From an uncultured archaeon (GTDB lineage Archaea > Asgardarchaeota > Lokiarchaeia > Sigyniarchaeales > SOKP01), in NCBI GenBank assembly GCA_964486045.1, contig CAZALK010000011.1, forward strand, positions 64,001 to 128,000: DNA of 64,000 nt, written 5' to 3'. The notes below the pieces were generated by a model, which was not told where the DNA came from, did not search any database, and saw only the letters and a program-made list of their open reading frames with translations. The position numbers and the translations under genes were made by a program. The stretch's first letter is position 1, and every line of letters starts with the position of its first letter. Shown here one piece after another: positions 51,622 to 62,643 of the stretch.

Positions 51622-52131
51622 TTGATGGTAGTAAAGGAAGTATTAATGCTGGGTAACCCTAAATTAAGAGAAATATCATCTGATATTAATAAATTCAACG
51701 ATGAATATAGAAAAAATCTTCAAGATCTGCGGGAGACACTTATATATCTCCAAGATACAAAAAAATTAGGGAGGGCTATCGCAGCACCGCAAATTGGTGT
51801 TATGAAGAATTTAATATATTTTCAATTAGCAGAAAGAAAATTTTATATGTTAAATCCTAGAATTACATGGAGAAGTGAGGAATTGATTAATGTATGGGAC
51901 AGTTGTTATAGTTTTGATATCAGGTTCTTCGTAGAAATTACAAGGAATAAAAGTATAAGAGTTGAATATCAAGATGAAAATGGTAATTCTATTAGTAAGG
52001 ATTTTTCAGATGATCTTTCTGAATTAGTTCAGCATGAAATAGATCATCTTCATGGGATACTAGCAACGGATCATTTAAAAGATGTAAAAGGAATAATAAT
52101 GAGAAGTGAATGGGAAAAGAGGTTTAAGTAA
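51622..52131 (+). CDS. def: Peptide deformylase-like protein
   Basis: GNP.LR, GRAIAAPQIG, WDSCYS, QHEIDHL.G. Confidence 0.8.
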   Translation: MMVVKEVLMLGNPKLREISSDINKFNDEYRKNLQDLRETLIYLQDTKKLGRAIAAPQIGVMKNLIYFQLAERKFYMLNPRITWRSEELINVWDSCYSFDIRFFVEITRNKSIRVEYQDENGNSISKDFSDDLSELVQHEIDHLHGILATDHLKDVKGIIMRSEWEKRFK

Positions 52132-52132
52132 T

Positions 52133-52819
52133 GTGAAAAGAATAGGAATTTTAGGTGGTATGTCTTATGAATCTACCATAAAATATTATAAATTAATACT
52201 CCAAAAACATTATGAAAAATTCAGTGACTATAATTATCCTGAAATTATTATTTTTAGTCTAAACTTTCAACAAGTTATTGATTATGAACTGAGTGATGAT
52301 AAAATTGCTTACATAGAGTATCTGATCAGTGCTATTAAATCATTGGAAAATGCTGGTGCTAACTTCGTAATAATGGCCGCAAATTCACCACACGCTGTGT
52401 ATGAGGAATTAGAGGGATTTGCTAAAGTCCCGATTCTAAGCATAGTTAAAACTACAATAAAAAAAGCACTAGCTGAAAATATGAAGACTCTACTCTTATT
52501 GGGTACAAAATTTACAATGCAATCTACATTTTATCAAGAGTATTCAAGAAGGTTAGGTATCAATGTTATTACACCGTCACTTCAAGAGCAGGGTGAAATA
52601 GATAAAATTATATTTAGTGAATTAGTAATAGGTATTAATAAACTCGAATCTAAGAAGAAAATACTTGAAATAATTGACTCCTATAATATAGATGGAGTGA
52701 TTTTAGGATGCACTGAATTACCTTTAATTTTAAGTCAAAAAGACACAAAAATCAAGCTGTTAGACACTCTAGAGCTTCACGTGGAAGCTGCTTTTACCTA
52801 CTATTTATTTATCCCATAG
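52133..52819 (+). CDS. Aspartate/glutamate racemase family protein; start likely GTG 52133
   Basis: KRIGILGGMS.EST..YY, AANSPH, LLGT.FTM, ILGCTELP. Confidence 0.85.
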   Translation: MKRIGILGGMSYESTIKYYKLILQKHYEKFSDYNYPEIIIFSLNFQQVIDYELSDDKIAYIEYLISAIKSLENAGANFVIMAANSPHAVYEELEGFAKVPILSIVKTTIKKALAENMKTLLLLGTKFTMQSTFYQEYSRRLGINVITPSLQEQGEIDKIIFSELVIGINKLESKKKILEIIDSYNIDGVILGCTELPLILSQKDTKIKLLDTLELHVEAAFTYYLFIP

Positions 52820-52882
52820 TTGTTTATAAGTTTTTTTAACTTCCAAATCTTATCTATTATACTCAAATATTATTGGTAATCT

Positions 52883-55153
52883 ATTATCAAACGATCTAAA
52901 CTTACTGCTGTAAAATTCAAGGATCTAGCACCTATTATAATAGTAATGCTATTGCTTTTTATTTCAACCTCAGTTTCTAGTATGTTGATTCCTAGTTATG
53001 CTACAATTCGAATTGAATTTAATATTCCAGAAGCATTAATAGCAATCCCAGATGCATTTTTTGTATTAATAAGTGCATTTTTTGCTCTATTTTGGGGATA
53101 TTGGGCCGATAAAATTGATAGAAAGAAAGTAGTAATCGCAGGAGCGTTTTCTTGGACAGTTGGGATGATAATAACGGCATTTTCCCCAAATTTTTTAGTG
53201 CTTGTAATTTCTAGAATGTCAAGTGGAGCAGGACTGGGTTGCGTATTGCCTGTTGGATATTCAATTATTTCAGATGCAATTCCTGCAGAAGAAAGATCAG
53301 GTTGGTTTGGTACACTTGCGATATTAAGCTCCATATCAAACGGTGCTGGTCAGGGTTTATCAGCTTTTTTAGGCCCTATTTTATCCTGGAGATTTCCATT
53401 TCTTTTACTTGCAATAATTAGCGTAATTATTATCATTATTCTCTTCTTTGTAAAAATACCTCAACGTGGGGCAAGTGAAGGTGAACTATTAGATTTAATG
53501 GAATTAAATTTAGAATATAGTTATCGAATTTCAAAGGAAGACATAGGAGTTATCATAAGAAAGAAGACAAATCTCTATTTAATAATGCAAGGATTTTTTT
53601 CTGTGATCCCCGGAACCGTGCTTGTTTATTTTACAACCTCAATGTTAATTACTGATTTTTTTAATAATATACCTAATCAAATTCAACTACAAACGGCTAC
53701 AATCTTTGCTGGTATGATCGGTGTAGGTTATCTTCTTGGTAACGCTGTTTTTGCTCGTTTAGGGGATAGTTTATTCCGTAGAAATAAAAAAAATAGGGCT
53801 AGATTGGCAACATTTTGTCTCATTTTTTCTATTCCTTTTGCAATTATATTACTGATTTCTTTACGTCCAATCAATGTTGGTAACTTAAATATTAATTATC
53901 CCATTCCTATTCCCCCAGATCAAGTAGGAGCCTTCATTCTTCAGACTATTGGGGCGATATTCGTGGCTTATCCCTCATATATTATTTTTTTCATATTTGC
54001 TATAATGGCTTCGATGTTGGGGGCAGGACCAGTTGCTAATAGAAATGCAGTGATGATAGATGTTAATATGCCTGAACATAAGGGGTCCGCAGCTTCTTTT
54101 TTCAAACTTTCAGAACAAATAAGTAAGGGTATAACCCTTCTAATATCCTATACTCTCATTTCGATACTCGGTAGTATTTTTAATATGATGTTTATAACAA
54201 TCTTCTTTTGGCTTCCCGCAGCTTTATTGTGGTTTCTTGCAAGCAAAAACGTGGAAAAAGATATGACTTATAAATCAAGAATTTTATCAGAAAGAAAACA
54301 GGTAAGTTTAATAGATTACATTTTTGAATTAGAAATCCAGATGGATAGAGCTATTCAAAAAGTACAAGATTCAAAATATTATATTCGAACAAACCAAGAT
54401 AAATTTAATAAATTACTCGATGATGCATTAATAATCTTTAAATTTTGCGAACGTGAAGGTGTATTAAGAAGTATCACAAATATAGAGAAGAAAGCACACA
54501 TAATGCACTTGAGAGTTCTACTAATTAAACATGAGACCAATATTATATATAAAAACCTTAAGAATCCAAATTTAACTGTCAATGAAATAGACAATTTGAT
54601 AAAAGAACTAAGTCAAAAATATACTAAGATTAGTGAATGGGAAAAAAGTACATTTGGAGAAATCCAAACCTATTATGAGGATGCGAGCTTAAAAATCATT
54701 GAAGCGAGATTAAATCGGAAAAAACATTTACTTGTAGGTTTGAGGAAAATATCCGAAGCAATTAAAATCTATGAGCGAGTGAAGTATTTGCTTAATGAAC
54801 GACTCGAAATTGTTGAGGAAAAACCTGAATTATCTGAGGATGAAGCGATAATAAAAGATAAGGAACAAGAACTTCTTAATAACTGTGTTCAATACTTGAA
54901 TGCAACAACAAAACTAAAGGAAGAAATAGAATTTACTTTTAAACAATTAGAACAAAAAGGCATTGAGGTTGAAGATTTAAGAAAAATTTCTGATCTTACT
55001 CAAGAGTATAATGTAGATCTTTATGATATCATTTTGGATACATTCAAGCAAGATCCTCTAACAAAATATGCTCTCCTCGATACATTAGAAACAATAGATG
55101 ATATATTTAAGCAGTATGATAACTGGAAGGAACTAGATCAAACTGTATTTTAA
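52883..55153 (+). CDS. MFS transporter fused to a ~290-aa C-terminal helical domain; start uncertain (ATT 52883 or ATG 52946)
   Basis: WGYWADKIDRK motif A, ~12 TM helices, soluble helical tail. Confidence 0.85.
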   Translation: MIKRSKLTAVKFKDLAPIIIVMLLLFISTSVSSMLIPSYATIRIEFNIPEALIAIPDAFFVLISAFFALFWGYWADKIDRKKVVIAGAFSWTVGMIITAFSPNFLVLVISRMSSGAGLGCVLPVGYSIISDAIPAEERSGWFGTLAILSSISNGAGQGLSAFLGPILSWRFPFLLLAIISVIIIIILFFVKIPQRGASEGELLDLMELNLEYSYRISKEDIGVIIRKKTNLYLIMQGFFSVIPGTVLVYFTTSMLITDFFNNIPNQIQLQTATIFAGMIGVGYLLGNAVFARLGDSLFRRNKKNRARLATFCLIFSIPFAIILLISLRPINVGNLNINYPIPIPPDQVGAFILQTIGAIFVAYPSYIIFFIFAIMASMLGAGPVANRNAVMIDVNMPEHKGSAASFFKLSEQISKGITLLISYTLISILGSIFNMMFITIFFWLPAALLWFLASKNVEKDMTYKSRILSERKQVSLIDYIFELEIQMDRAIQKVQDSKYYIRTNQDKFNKLLDDALIIFKFCEREGVLRSITNIEKKAHIMHLRVLLIKHETNIIYKNLKNPNLTVNEIDNLIKELSQKYTKISEWEKSTFGEIQTYYEDASLKIIEARLNRKKHLLVGLRKISEAIKIYERVKYLLNERLEIVEEKPELSEDEAIIKDKEQELLNNCVQYLNATTKLKEEIEFTFKQLEQKGIEVEDLRKISDLTQEYNVDLYDIILDTFKQDPLTKYALLDTLETIDDIFKQYDNWKELDQTVF

Positions 55154-55158
55154 ATGAT

Positions 55159-55425
55159 CTAGTTGTTGCACTCCCCTCTTAATAATTCAAACATCTGAAA
55201 TCTTTCATTTTCTGTTAGCTCCTTAGGTTTTTTTCCCCTTTTATCTAAATAATCACCGTACCCTTCATTAAAACTTAAGTTAACTAGAAATAACAAACAA
55301 TTTCTGACTCTCAAAGCGTTTGATAATTCATCTTCGAGATCTTTCATTAGCTCTATGATAACCTTATATTTCGTTACCCAACCGTTGCTATTTGCCTCTA
55401 AGATTTTATCGAAACAATCTCCCAT
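55159..55425 (-). CDS. Hypothetical protein
   Basis: 88-aa ORF, ATG start. Confidence 0.6.
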   Translation of the reverse strand: MGDCFDKILEANSNGWVTKYKVIIELMKDLEDELSNALRVRNCLLFLVNLSFNEGYGDYLDKRGKKPKELTENERFQMFELLRGECNN

Positions 55426-55592
55426 TTTTACGATGTAATTTTAAATTATTTTCCTAAAACTATACCATCTAAAGATCCTAAGCAATCACATAAAGATTCG
55501 TGAATTTAAAAGTATCTGTTGTCGTTTTAGTCAAATTACAAAGTGAAAAAAAAAATAGTTTGCAAAAATAGGTCATAAAATATTTATCGCAA

Positions 55593-56144
55593 TTAAAATG
55601 CTTCAATATCTTGAACAAAAGTTTCTATTTTTTGCTCTAAATCAACAATATCATCAACATCCTTAATTTCTGATGAGGCGAGTTTGTTTAAAAACTCTTT
55701 CAATAATTTTTCTTTCCCCTTATCTGTTGGAAACAAAAGGCTACTTTTATAATGCTCCCAATCTAAGATATTAGTAAAAATTAAAAATAAAACTTCGATG
55801 TGGCTAAAATCTAATAGTCTTTGGAGCTTATCTTTAGTTATTAATAATTTTGTGTGATCCGTATAAAAATCTGACAAATCATCATAATAATTAGTAATCC
55901 TGGCAATATTATCTAACTGAGAACGCAGTGCTGCTTGGTTAATGGGGCTTTCCTCATCCTTATACAAGATATCAAAGTAATTCATAATAAACTCTTTTAA
56001 TCTTTGTAGTTTGGTTTGGAAAACTCTAGTTTTTACAATACGCTCAAACATTGGTGATTCACGATCAGAATAGAATTTTAACTCGAACTTTACTATATCT
56101 AAAATGTCAAAAAACAATTCTCTTATGTCAATCTCTTCACTCAT
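55593..56144 (-). CDS. Hypothetical protein
   Basis: 183-aa helical ORF, GTGA RBS upstream. Confidence 0.7.
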   Translation of the reverse strand: MSEEIDIRELFFDILDIVKFELKFYSDRESPMFERIVKTRVFQTKLQRLKEFIMNYFDILYKDEESPINQAALRSQLDNIARITNYYDDLSDFYTDHTKLLITKDKLQRLLDFSHIEVLFLIFTNILDWEHYKSSLLFPTDKGKEKLLKEFLNKLASSEIKDVDDIVDLEQKIETFVQDIEAF

Positions 56145-56311
56145 AATCAGTCACTATCAGATTCTAAAACTAGCAGTATTACAATTCTAAATAAATTCAC
56201 AGATATTTATATTTTTATATTTAAGAATTAATTCTCTTTATCATTAAATTCTTAACGGAAAAGTGCGATCAGGAATGATTGGTTCTATTTTCCTAGAGAT
56301 AACATGTGAAC

Positions 56312-57214
56312 TTATTTTTCATTTATTAATTTTTGATAGGCTATAGCTTTCAAGTGAATTTTAACAATTCGAATAGGGCACCGGAGCATAAAGTTCATAT
56401 CATCAATAGGTGCTTTCCTGAAATTTATGAATTTTGAGTAGAACTTTTTTGCTCTTTTTTGAGACCTAGGTTTTTCCAAAGAAATAAACCTTTTGGTAAT
56501 TGTTTTCAGTGGTTTCGTATCTCTATAACAATAAAAGTTAGAAGCTTTCAAAGCCCATTTTATAGCCTCTAACTGATATTTCGTGGGATCAAGCTTTCTA
56601 AACAAAGATATGATGATTGAGAAAAATGAAATCATAAGGTTCATTATCGTACTTTTAATCATTTCAAAAAAAGTAATTTGAATTTTAGACCTGAGTTTCT
56701 CTCTTAGATCCTCTCCGTACAAAGTCGTGCTATTGGAGAGAATAATGCCCAAAACTATATTACGCGGAGCAAAAGCAGCTGAAAATACTTTATTGACTCT
56801 AAAAATTTTATGAAAATTCCCTTCCTCCCAATATTTTTTTTTGGTTAAAAAATGGCTAACAAAAATACCTGTGGTTTGCTGGATTACACCCATAATCTTC
56901 TTGGTCAACTTAGTGTTAAACTCTCGGAATTTATGTTTGATTTCCAGAGCAATAAAATATTTTTCAATCTCTTTTATATGATGATTAGTGACTCGATCCT
57001 TGAATATTATAAGTATATCACAATCAGATACTTCAGTGACTTCACTTTTTGCTCTTTGACTTCCAAAAAGGATCATTGATAATATCTTATTTATTCCAAT
57101 CTCTTTATTAACAAGATTCAGAATATCCTTAATATAATTGCGTGATTGTTCATTTATATCTCTTAAATTCTCTTCAATCTTTTTTGTGCTCTTTATAATG
57201 CTCGTATCTTGCAC
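56312..57214 (-). CDS. Pol-beta-like nucleotidyltransferase domain protein
   Basis: ILFGS...SDCDILI motif. Confidence 0.75.
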   Translation of the reverse strand: MQDTSIIKSTKKIEENLRDINEQSRNYIKDILNLVNKEIGINKILSMILFGSQRAKSEVTEVSDCDILIIFKDRVTNHHIKEIEKYFIALEIKHKFREFNTKLTKKIMGVIQQTTGIFVSHFLTKKKYWEEGNFHKIFRVNKVFSAAFAPRNIVLGIILSNSTTLYGEDLREKLRSKIQITFFEMIKSTIMNLMISFFSIIISLFRKLDPTKYQLEAIKWALKASNFYCYRDTKPLKTITKRFISLEKPRSQKRAKKFYSKFINFRKAPIDDMNFMLRCPIRIVKIHLKAIAYQKLINEK

Positions 57215-57316
57215 TTCGAATCAATTATCCATTGTAATTGTACTTGATGAGAATTATTACGTTTATTAATAATAAAAAAATTAATTAAAGATATAATTTG
57301 AATAAATCTTTCCATT

Positions 57317-57715
57317 TTATTTATCAAGATTGTAGGCTGTTTGAAATCCTTCGTGTATCGCATCCATCATTGTACGTTTTTTCTTATCTTTGTCGTTACA
57401 ATCTCCCACTCTATATATCTTATATGATGGATTTGAAGCTTCTGCTTTATCGTATAGATCGGTATTGGGTTTTACTCCAGTCGCTAAAATAAATGTATCA
57501 ATATCATCTAGTGTATTCTTTTCACCTTCAAGTTCATATTCTATGGATTTTCCTTCGAGTTTTGTGATATTTGCTCCCGTAATAGTCTTTATACCCATTT
57601 TCATCGTATGGCCAATCATGAAACCACGGGTGGTCCTACCGAGATTAAGTCCTAATTTAGGAAGTTTTTCAATAATAATTTCCCCTTTTTTCTCAAGAAT
57701 CGTTACATTATGACT
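57317..57715 (-). pseudogene. Truncated inverted copy of the 3' end of the FadH-like gene
   Basis: IIEKLPK.GLNLGRTTRGFMIGH.MKMGIKTIT...DTFILATGVKPN...TA.NLDK closely matches the C-terminus of 58986-61013. Confidence 0.85.
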
Positions 57716-58985
57716 AGCGGTGGTAAAATGTGCATTTTCTGTATGAAAGGTATAATCACTCAAACTGTTTTTGGTATTTTAGATTTTGTTAATTTATTAT
57801 AAATTTTAGGTAGTGAAACTATATTAGCTTTTCTTTTTGTAGCAAGTCAAACAAGAACGATTATACAATTTCTTTTATCGGACTTCCTTAATTTAAGCTT
57901 CCTCATTATCAAGTTCATAAGTCTTTGAACTTATCTTCTGATAAATTTAAAAGAGAAGGCTAGAAGAATATTGGAATTCGGTTTTGAGGATCTTTATTAT
58001 TACTCTTTTGTGCTTGGTCCTAACCGTTATTATGAAAAACGATTAAGCAAAGCTGAAAAGATTAAAGTTGTAATGTCTAATATGGAATTTAATATTAGAA
58101 TGTATGAGAAATATAAAAAACATAAAAACAATAGATATGATAAAAAAGAATTAAACTATAATCAATGGATTCTAATCTCCCAAATCGAATATATTAAGAA
58201 AAATAATTGAAATCACTTTCTTTTTTTTTCCTTTTTCTTCCTGTAATAAGCTATAATTTTTTGAAAGCGTTAAACAAAAACAGAATGATAAAATCCCTTT
58301 CTAATACTGTAATAAAGGAAGGACGATGGGAACTAAGATAAAAAATTAATCTTAATTATCTCAACTTTTACGGCTTCAAATCGTGGTTTAGGTAAAGTCT
58401 TGGTTAATATTGGGCTTGGGAGAGAAATATTAACATCTACCCCATGGCGTGGGGATATCATAGAAAAGGAGAAGGTTAAATTGTAAACTATTAATTCCTC
58501 CTGAACTTATATCTTTTTTTTATTCTCGAAGCACAAAACAAACAAAATAGAATGATAAAATCCTTTTTAATATTTAAAGAAGAACAAAGGGGAATAATAT
58601 GAATTATGTTCCTATCTTTCTTCTTGCATTGATTACTAATTCTAAGCGCATTAGGTAGTGATTTTTATCGATACAAAGCTTGAAAAATTTTAACTATTAA
58701 GTTTATCGGCTAATGAATTTATATGACTCTCTCTTGAAAAATTCTTTGAAGATGACATCAGAAAATATGGCTTAAATAGAGTCTCTGTAGAGAATTTAAA
58801 ATTACTAATATTTATAATATTTAATGGGGTATGTGTAAAATCCTATCAATTTTTGCTTTACATGGGGTATAATTAGGAAAAATAGTAAATGGTGATCGTA
58901 AACACTAAAAATTTTAAAAAATTTAAAACTCATTGAAAATTTAAAGCTAGTAATAATTGAAAATTAAAAAGGAAAAATGTAAATT

Positions 58986-61013
58986 TTGAAGTTTGTTAAA
59001 CTTTTTGAACCTTTAAAATTAAGAAATGTAGAGATTCGCAATAGAATTGTGATGCCTGCTATGGCGCTCAATTTTTCACCCGATAGATCTGTAAATGATA
59101 AAACTATTGATTTTTATGAGGAAAGAGCTAAGGGAGGTGTAGGGTTAATAATCCTTGGAGGGTGTTCCGTAGAAGATAGAGGTGGTGGTCCGACAATGTT
59201 ATCGATCGCTGAGGATAAATTTGTACAAGGTTACACAGCTTTCGCGGAAAAAATGCACAAACATGGAGCCAAAACGATTGTCCAATTATACCATGCGGGG
59301 GCATATTCAGGTATGCCGGGAATGGTTTCATCCTCAGCTGTAATGTCAAATTTAACTAGAAGAGTTCCCGAAGAATTAACGATAGAAGAGATCAAAATTG
59401 TTCAAGAAAGTCATGCCAAAGCGGCGGAGCGGGTAAGAGAAGCGGGCTTCGATGGAGTAGAGTTATTGGGATCGGCAGGCTACTTAATAAATCAATTTCT
59501 TAGTCCGATGACAAACAAACGAACTGATGAATATGGAGGTTCATTAGAAAATCGTCTTAGATACCCTTTAGAATTAATAGAATTAGTCAAGGAAAGAGTA
59601 GGAAGAGATATTTTGGTAGGAATGAGAGTCGCTGGAGATGATTTTGTACCGGGGTCTAACACTTATAAGGAAAGTGCATTGTTTGCTAAACATTATGATG
59701 AGGCAGGTGTAGACTTCATAAATGTGACTGGGGGCTGGCATGAAACTAGGATTCCCCAGCTTCCAATGTTAGTACCGCCAGCAACTTATGTGTATTTAGC
59801 TGCAAACATAAAGGAAAACTTAAATGGACCCGTTTTTTCTGCGAACCGAATTAATGATCCCATACTAGCCGAGAGAATTTTAAGAAATGAATGGGCAGAC
59901 GCAATAGCCATGGGAAGGGGACTTATTGCTGATCCTTACTTACCCAATAAGGCTAAAGAAAACAAATTATGGGACATTAAGAAGTGTTTAGCGTGTAACC
60001 AAGGATGCTTTGATAAAATCTTTACCGGAAAATCGGTAGAATGCTTGCGAAATTATCAGGCTTCACGAGAGGGTAAATTTGACCTCGATCAAAAAACAAA
60101 ATCTCCTAAGAAAGTGGTGATCGTTGGAAGCGGACCTGGAGGATTAGAAGCAGCTCGTGTAGCGACAATACTGGGCCATAAAGTCACGATCTTAGAAAAA
60201 AAAGAGAAGATTGGAGGTCAAGTTAATGCCGCTTTTGTCCCACCTGGACGCGGTGAGATGCAAGAGATTATTAAGTATTACAAATCACAAATAAAACACC
60301 GAAATATTGATGTACGACTTAACACTGAAGCGACATTAGAGAAAATTAATGAACTCGACCCTGAAGTAGTTATATTTGCTACTGGAGTCAAGTTTAGTAT
60401 CCCAGATATTCCAGGCATCGATGGTAGCCTTGGAAGTACAGTATATTTTGCTGATGATGTGCTTACTGGGGATTACCATATTGGAAAAAATGTAGTCGTA
60501 GTAGGAGGATCAGCTACTGGAATGGAAACGGCAATCTGGGTAGCGGACCTTGGGGCCTTAGATTCAGAAATAGCAAGGTTTATAAGTCTTTATGAATTGG
60601 TTCCGCGTGACGAAATCTTTAGCAAGTGGCTTCGGGGTAATAGAGATGTTACCATCATTGAAAAACTTCCTAAAATAGGACTTAATCTTGGGAGAACTAC
60701 TCGTGGATTCATGATTGGTCATTCAATGAAGATGGGTATAAAGACTATAACTAATGCAAACATAACAAAATTCGAAGGAAAAACTGTGGAATATAAAATA
60801 GGAGATGAAAAGAATACATTAGAAAATATTGATACATTTATATTAGCAACGGGTGTAAAACCTAATACAGAACTTTACGACAAAGCCATAGCTTCGGATC
60901 CAATATATAAAGTATATAGAGTCGGAGACTGTGACGACAAGAAACCAGAAAAACGTAATATGCTGGAAGCAATACACCAAGGATATTTGACAGCTTTCAA
61001 CCTAGATAAATAA
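58986..61013 (+). CDS. NADH:flavin oxidoreductase / 2,4-dienoyl-CoA reductase (FadH-like)
   Basis: RNRIVMPAM, QLYHAG, GFDGVE...GYLI.QFLSP.TN.RTDEYGG, CLACNQGC, GSGPGG. Confidence 0.9.
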   Translation: MKFVKLFEPLKLRNVEIRNRIVMPAMALNFSPDRSVNDKTIDFYEERAKGGVGLIILGGCSVEDRGGGPTMLSIAEDKFVQGYTAFAEKMHKHGAKTIVQLYHAGAYSGMPGMVSSSAVMSNLTRRVPEELTIEEIKIVQESHAKAAERVREAGFDGVELLGSAGYLINQFLSPMTNKRTDEYGGSLENRLRYPLELIELVKERVGRDILVGMRVAGDDFVPGSNTYKESALFAKHYDEAGVDFINVTGGWHETRIPQLPMLVPPATYVYLAANIKENLNGPVFSANRINDPILAERILRNEWADAIAMGRGLIADPYLPNKAKENKLWDIKKCLACNQGCFDKIFTGKSVECLRNYQASREGKFDLDQKTKSPKKVVIVGSGPGGLEAARVATILGHKVTILEKKEKIGGQVNAAFVPPGRGEMQEIIKYYKSQIKHRNIDVRLNTEATLEKINELDPEVVIFATGVKFSIPDIPGIDGSLGSTVYFADDVLTGDYHIGKNVVVVGGSATGMETAIWVADLGALDSEIARFISLYELVPRDEIFSKWLRGNRDVTIIEKLPKIGLNLGRTTRGFMIGHSMKMGIKTITNANITKFEGKTVEYKIGDEKNTLENIDTFILATGVKPNTELYDKAIASDPIYKVYRVGDCDDKKPEKRNMLEAIHQGYLTAFNLDK

Positions 61014-61065
61014 GATGGAGAGCAAAAAAAAGCTTATTATTAAATAAAATTTTTTAACTAAATTT

Positions 61066-61434
61066 TCAATATTCTAATCTCGCTAACCCCCTCATTAAGC
61101 TTGGCCTCCGAGATCGCTTATAACAATCGGTGCAGAACCAAGAATTATGTTTACGTACGTATATCATGTCCTGATCGGTCCTACGACATGATGGGCACAT
61201 GCAAATGGAATTTCTGAGCACCCTATCTATTTCGTAATTCTCTTCTACTAACTTTTTATATCGGCTATCTTCATGAGGCTTCCACCCACTCTTTAAATAT
61301 TTTAATAAATAAGTTTGCTCGTTTTGATTAACACCTCGCCTAACGTTAGCGACGCTGATCCACAACAGCCGGAGATTGTTCCTTACTTTTCGTAAAAAAT
61401 CAGTACGCAGTTCAATTTTTTTTTTGTCCTTCAC
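61066..61434 (-). CDS. Hypothetical zinc-finger protein
   Basis: CPSC...WFCTDC. Confidence 0.55.
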   Translation of the reverse strand: MKDKKKIELRTDFLRKVRNNLRLLWISVANVRRGVNQNEQTYLLKYLKSGWKPHEDSRYKKLVEENYEIDRVLRNSICMCPSCRRTDQDMIYVRKHNSWFCTDCYKRSRRPSLMRGLARLEY

Positions 61435-61831
61435 AATAATTAAAAAAAAGTTATGATATTTAAATTAATCATTCAAAAAGTCTCGTCTTTATCAAGTTCG
61501 ATCCCTTGGCTGAAATCAAAATACTTAAGGAGGGCAGTTCTATCCGCAAATCCCGGAATTCTTACGAGCATTGAATATACACCATCTCCATCCGTATGTT
61601 GGAAAAACCTCTAGTGAGTAGAATGAGTTTTAAATCTTTTAATAAAATTGAAATTGTTCAAAGAGTAAAATATATCTTATTATAATCAAAAAAGAAGAAG
61701 ATTATAAGGCCCCAGATTAAAAAGAGAACCATCAGTGAAAATAGGAAACTGGATTTTTAAAGAGTTTTAAATTTTTTATAAAAGCAATAGTATTCTGATT
61801 AGAGTTCTCTGGTGTTTAATAAACTTATTAT

Positions 61832-62632
61832 TCAACGAAAGTAAGAATCTGCCCCTTTATCGTCCTGAGGTGGTTTCATAAATTGATCTGTTTGTTTCTT
61901 AAAAGATTCAAAAACATGTTCCATTTCTTTAATTTTCTCATCTAACTTACTAAAATCCATATCTAGGGTAAAATAATCCTTTATTAAAGAAACGAGGGCT
62001 TTTGATGAACGGGGATCTAAAGTCATCATTGGTAAAGGAATTGTCTCAGCTAGTAAACAAACGCCTGGAGCAAAGTTATTAGACCCAGCATAAGCGGGAA
62101 TTATTCCATTTGCTCCTGAAATATATCCACTCTCATACAATTTGGTATTTTCAAACTCTAGGAATGACTTAACAAGATCTTTTTTAGTACCGCATACATA
62201 AACTAAAGGATTATCATGAACTCTATCAGAAATCATAGCACCTGTACTTACATACATTTGGATATTTCCTCCTGTAATCTTTTCCATTTCTTCACAAAAG
62301 ACTTTTGAAAATTCAAAGACCCCCTCGGGAGTTTGAGGTTGATAAGAGGCCGTTAAAATAAATAGGTCATTTTCCTCTTCTATTTTCGCTGGTTTATAAT
62401 ACAATTTTGCGGTTGGAATTTCTAAAGAACCCTTTTCTACAATTGCTTTAGGTGAAAAATCAAAATATTGAATATTTAACAGTTCCTTGGCATCAAGAGA
62501 TTCAATTATAGATGTTATTGCCAATTTTGCTACTAGTGCGATTCCAGGCCACCCAATCAACACAATAGGGTTTTTAATGCTCTTTTTTTCTAAACTAAAT
62601 TTTTTTTCTATATTTATATGCATTTTTCTCAC
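61832..62632 (-). CDS. PAC2-family proteasome assembly chaperone
   Basis: LIGWPGIALVAKLA, QP, ISGANG, CLLAET, DPRSS. Confidence 0.85.
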   Translation of the reverse strand: MRKMHINIEKKFSLEKKSIKNPIVLIGWPGIALVAKLAITSIIESLDAKELLNIQYFDFSPKAIVEKGSLEIPTAKLYYKPAKIEEENDLFILTASYQPQTPEGVFEFSKVFCEEMEKITGGNIQMYVSTGAMISDRVHDNPLVYVCGTKKDLVKSFLEFENTKLYESGYISGANGIIPAYAGSNNFAPGVCLLAETIPLPMMTLDPRSSKALVSLIKDYFTLDMDFSKLDEKIKEMEHVFESFKKQTDQFMKPPQDDKGADSYFR

Positions 62633-62643
62633 TTATTTAATAA

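Noticed and set aside
57971-58500. Small ORFs 57971-58210 (+) and ~58330-58490 (-)
   Set aside because: Low-complexity or unrecognisable sequence in a decayed region; not enough support
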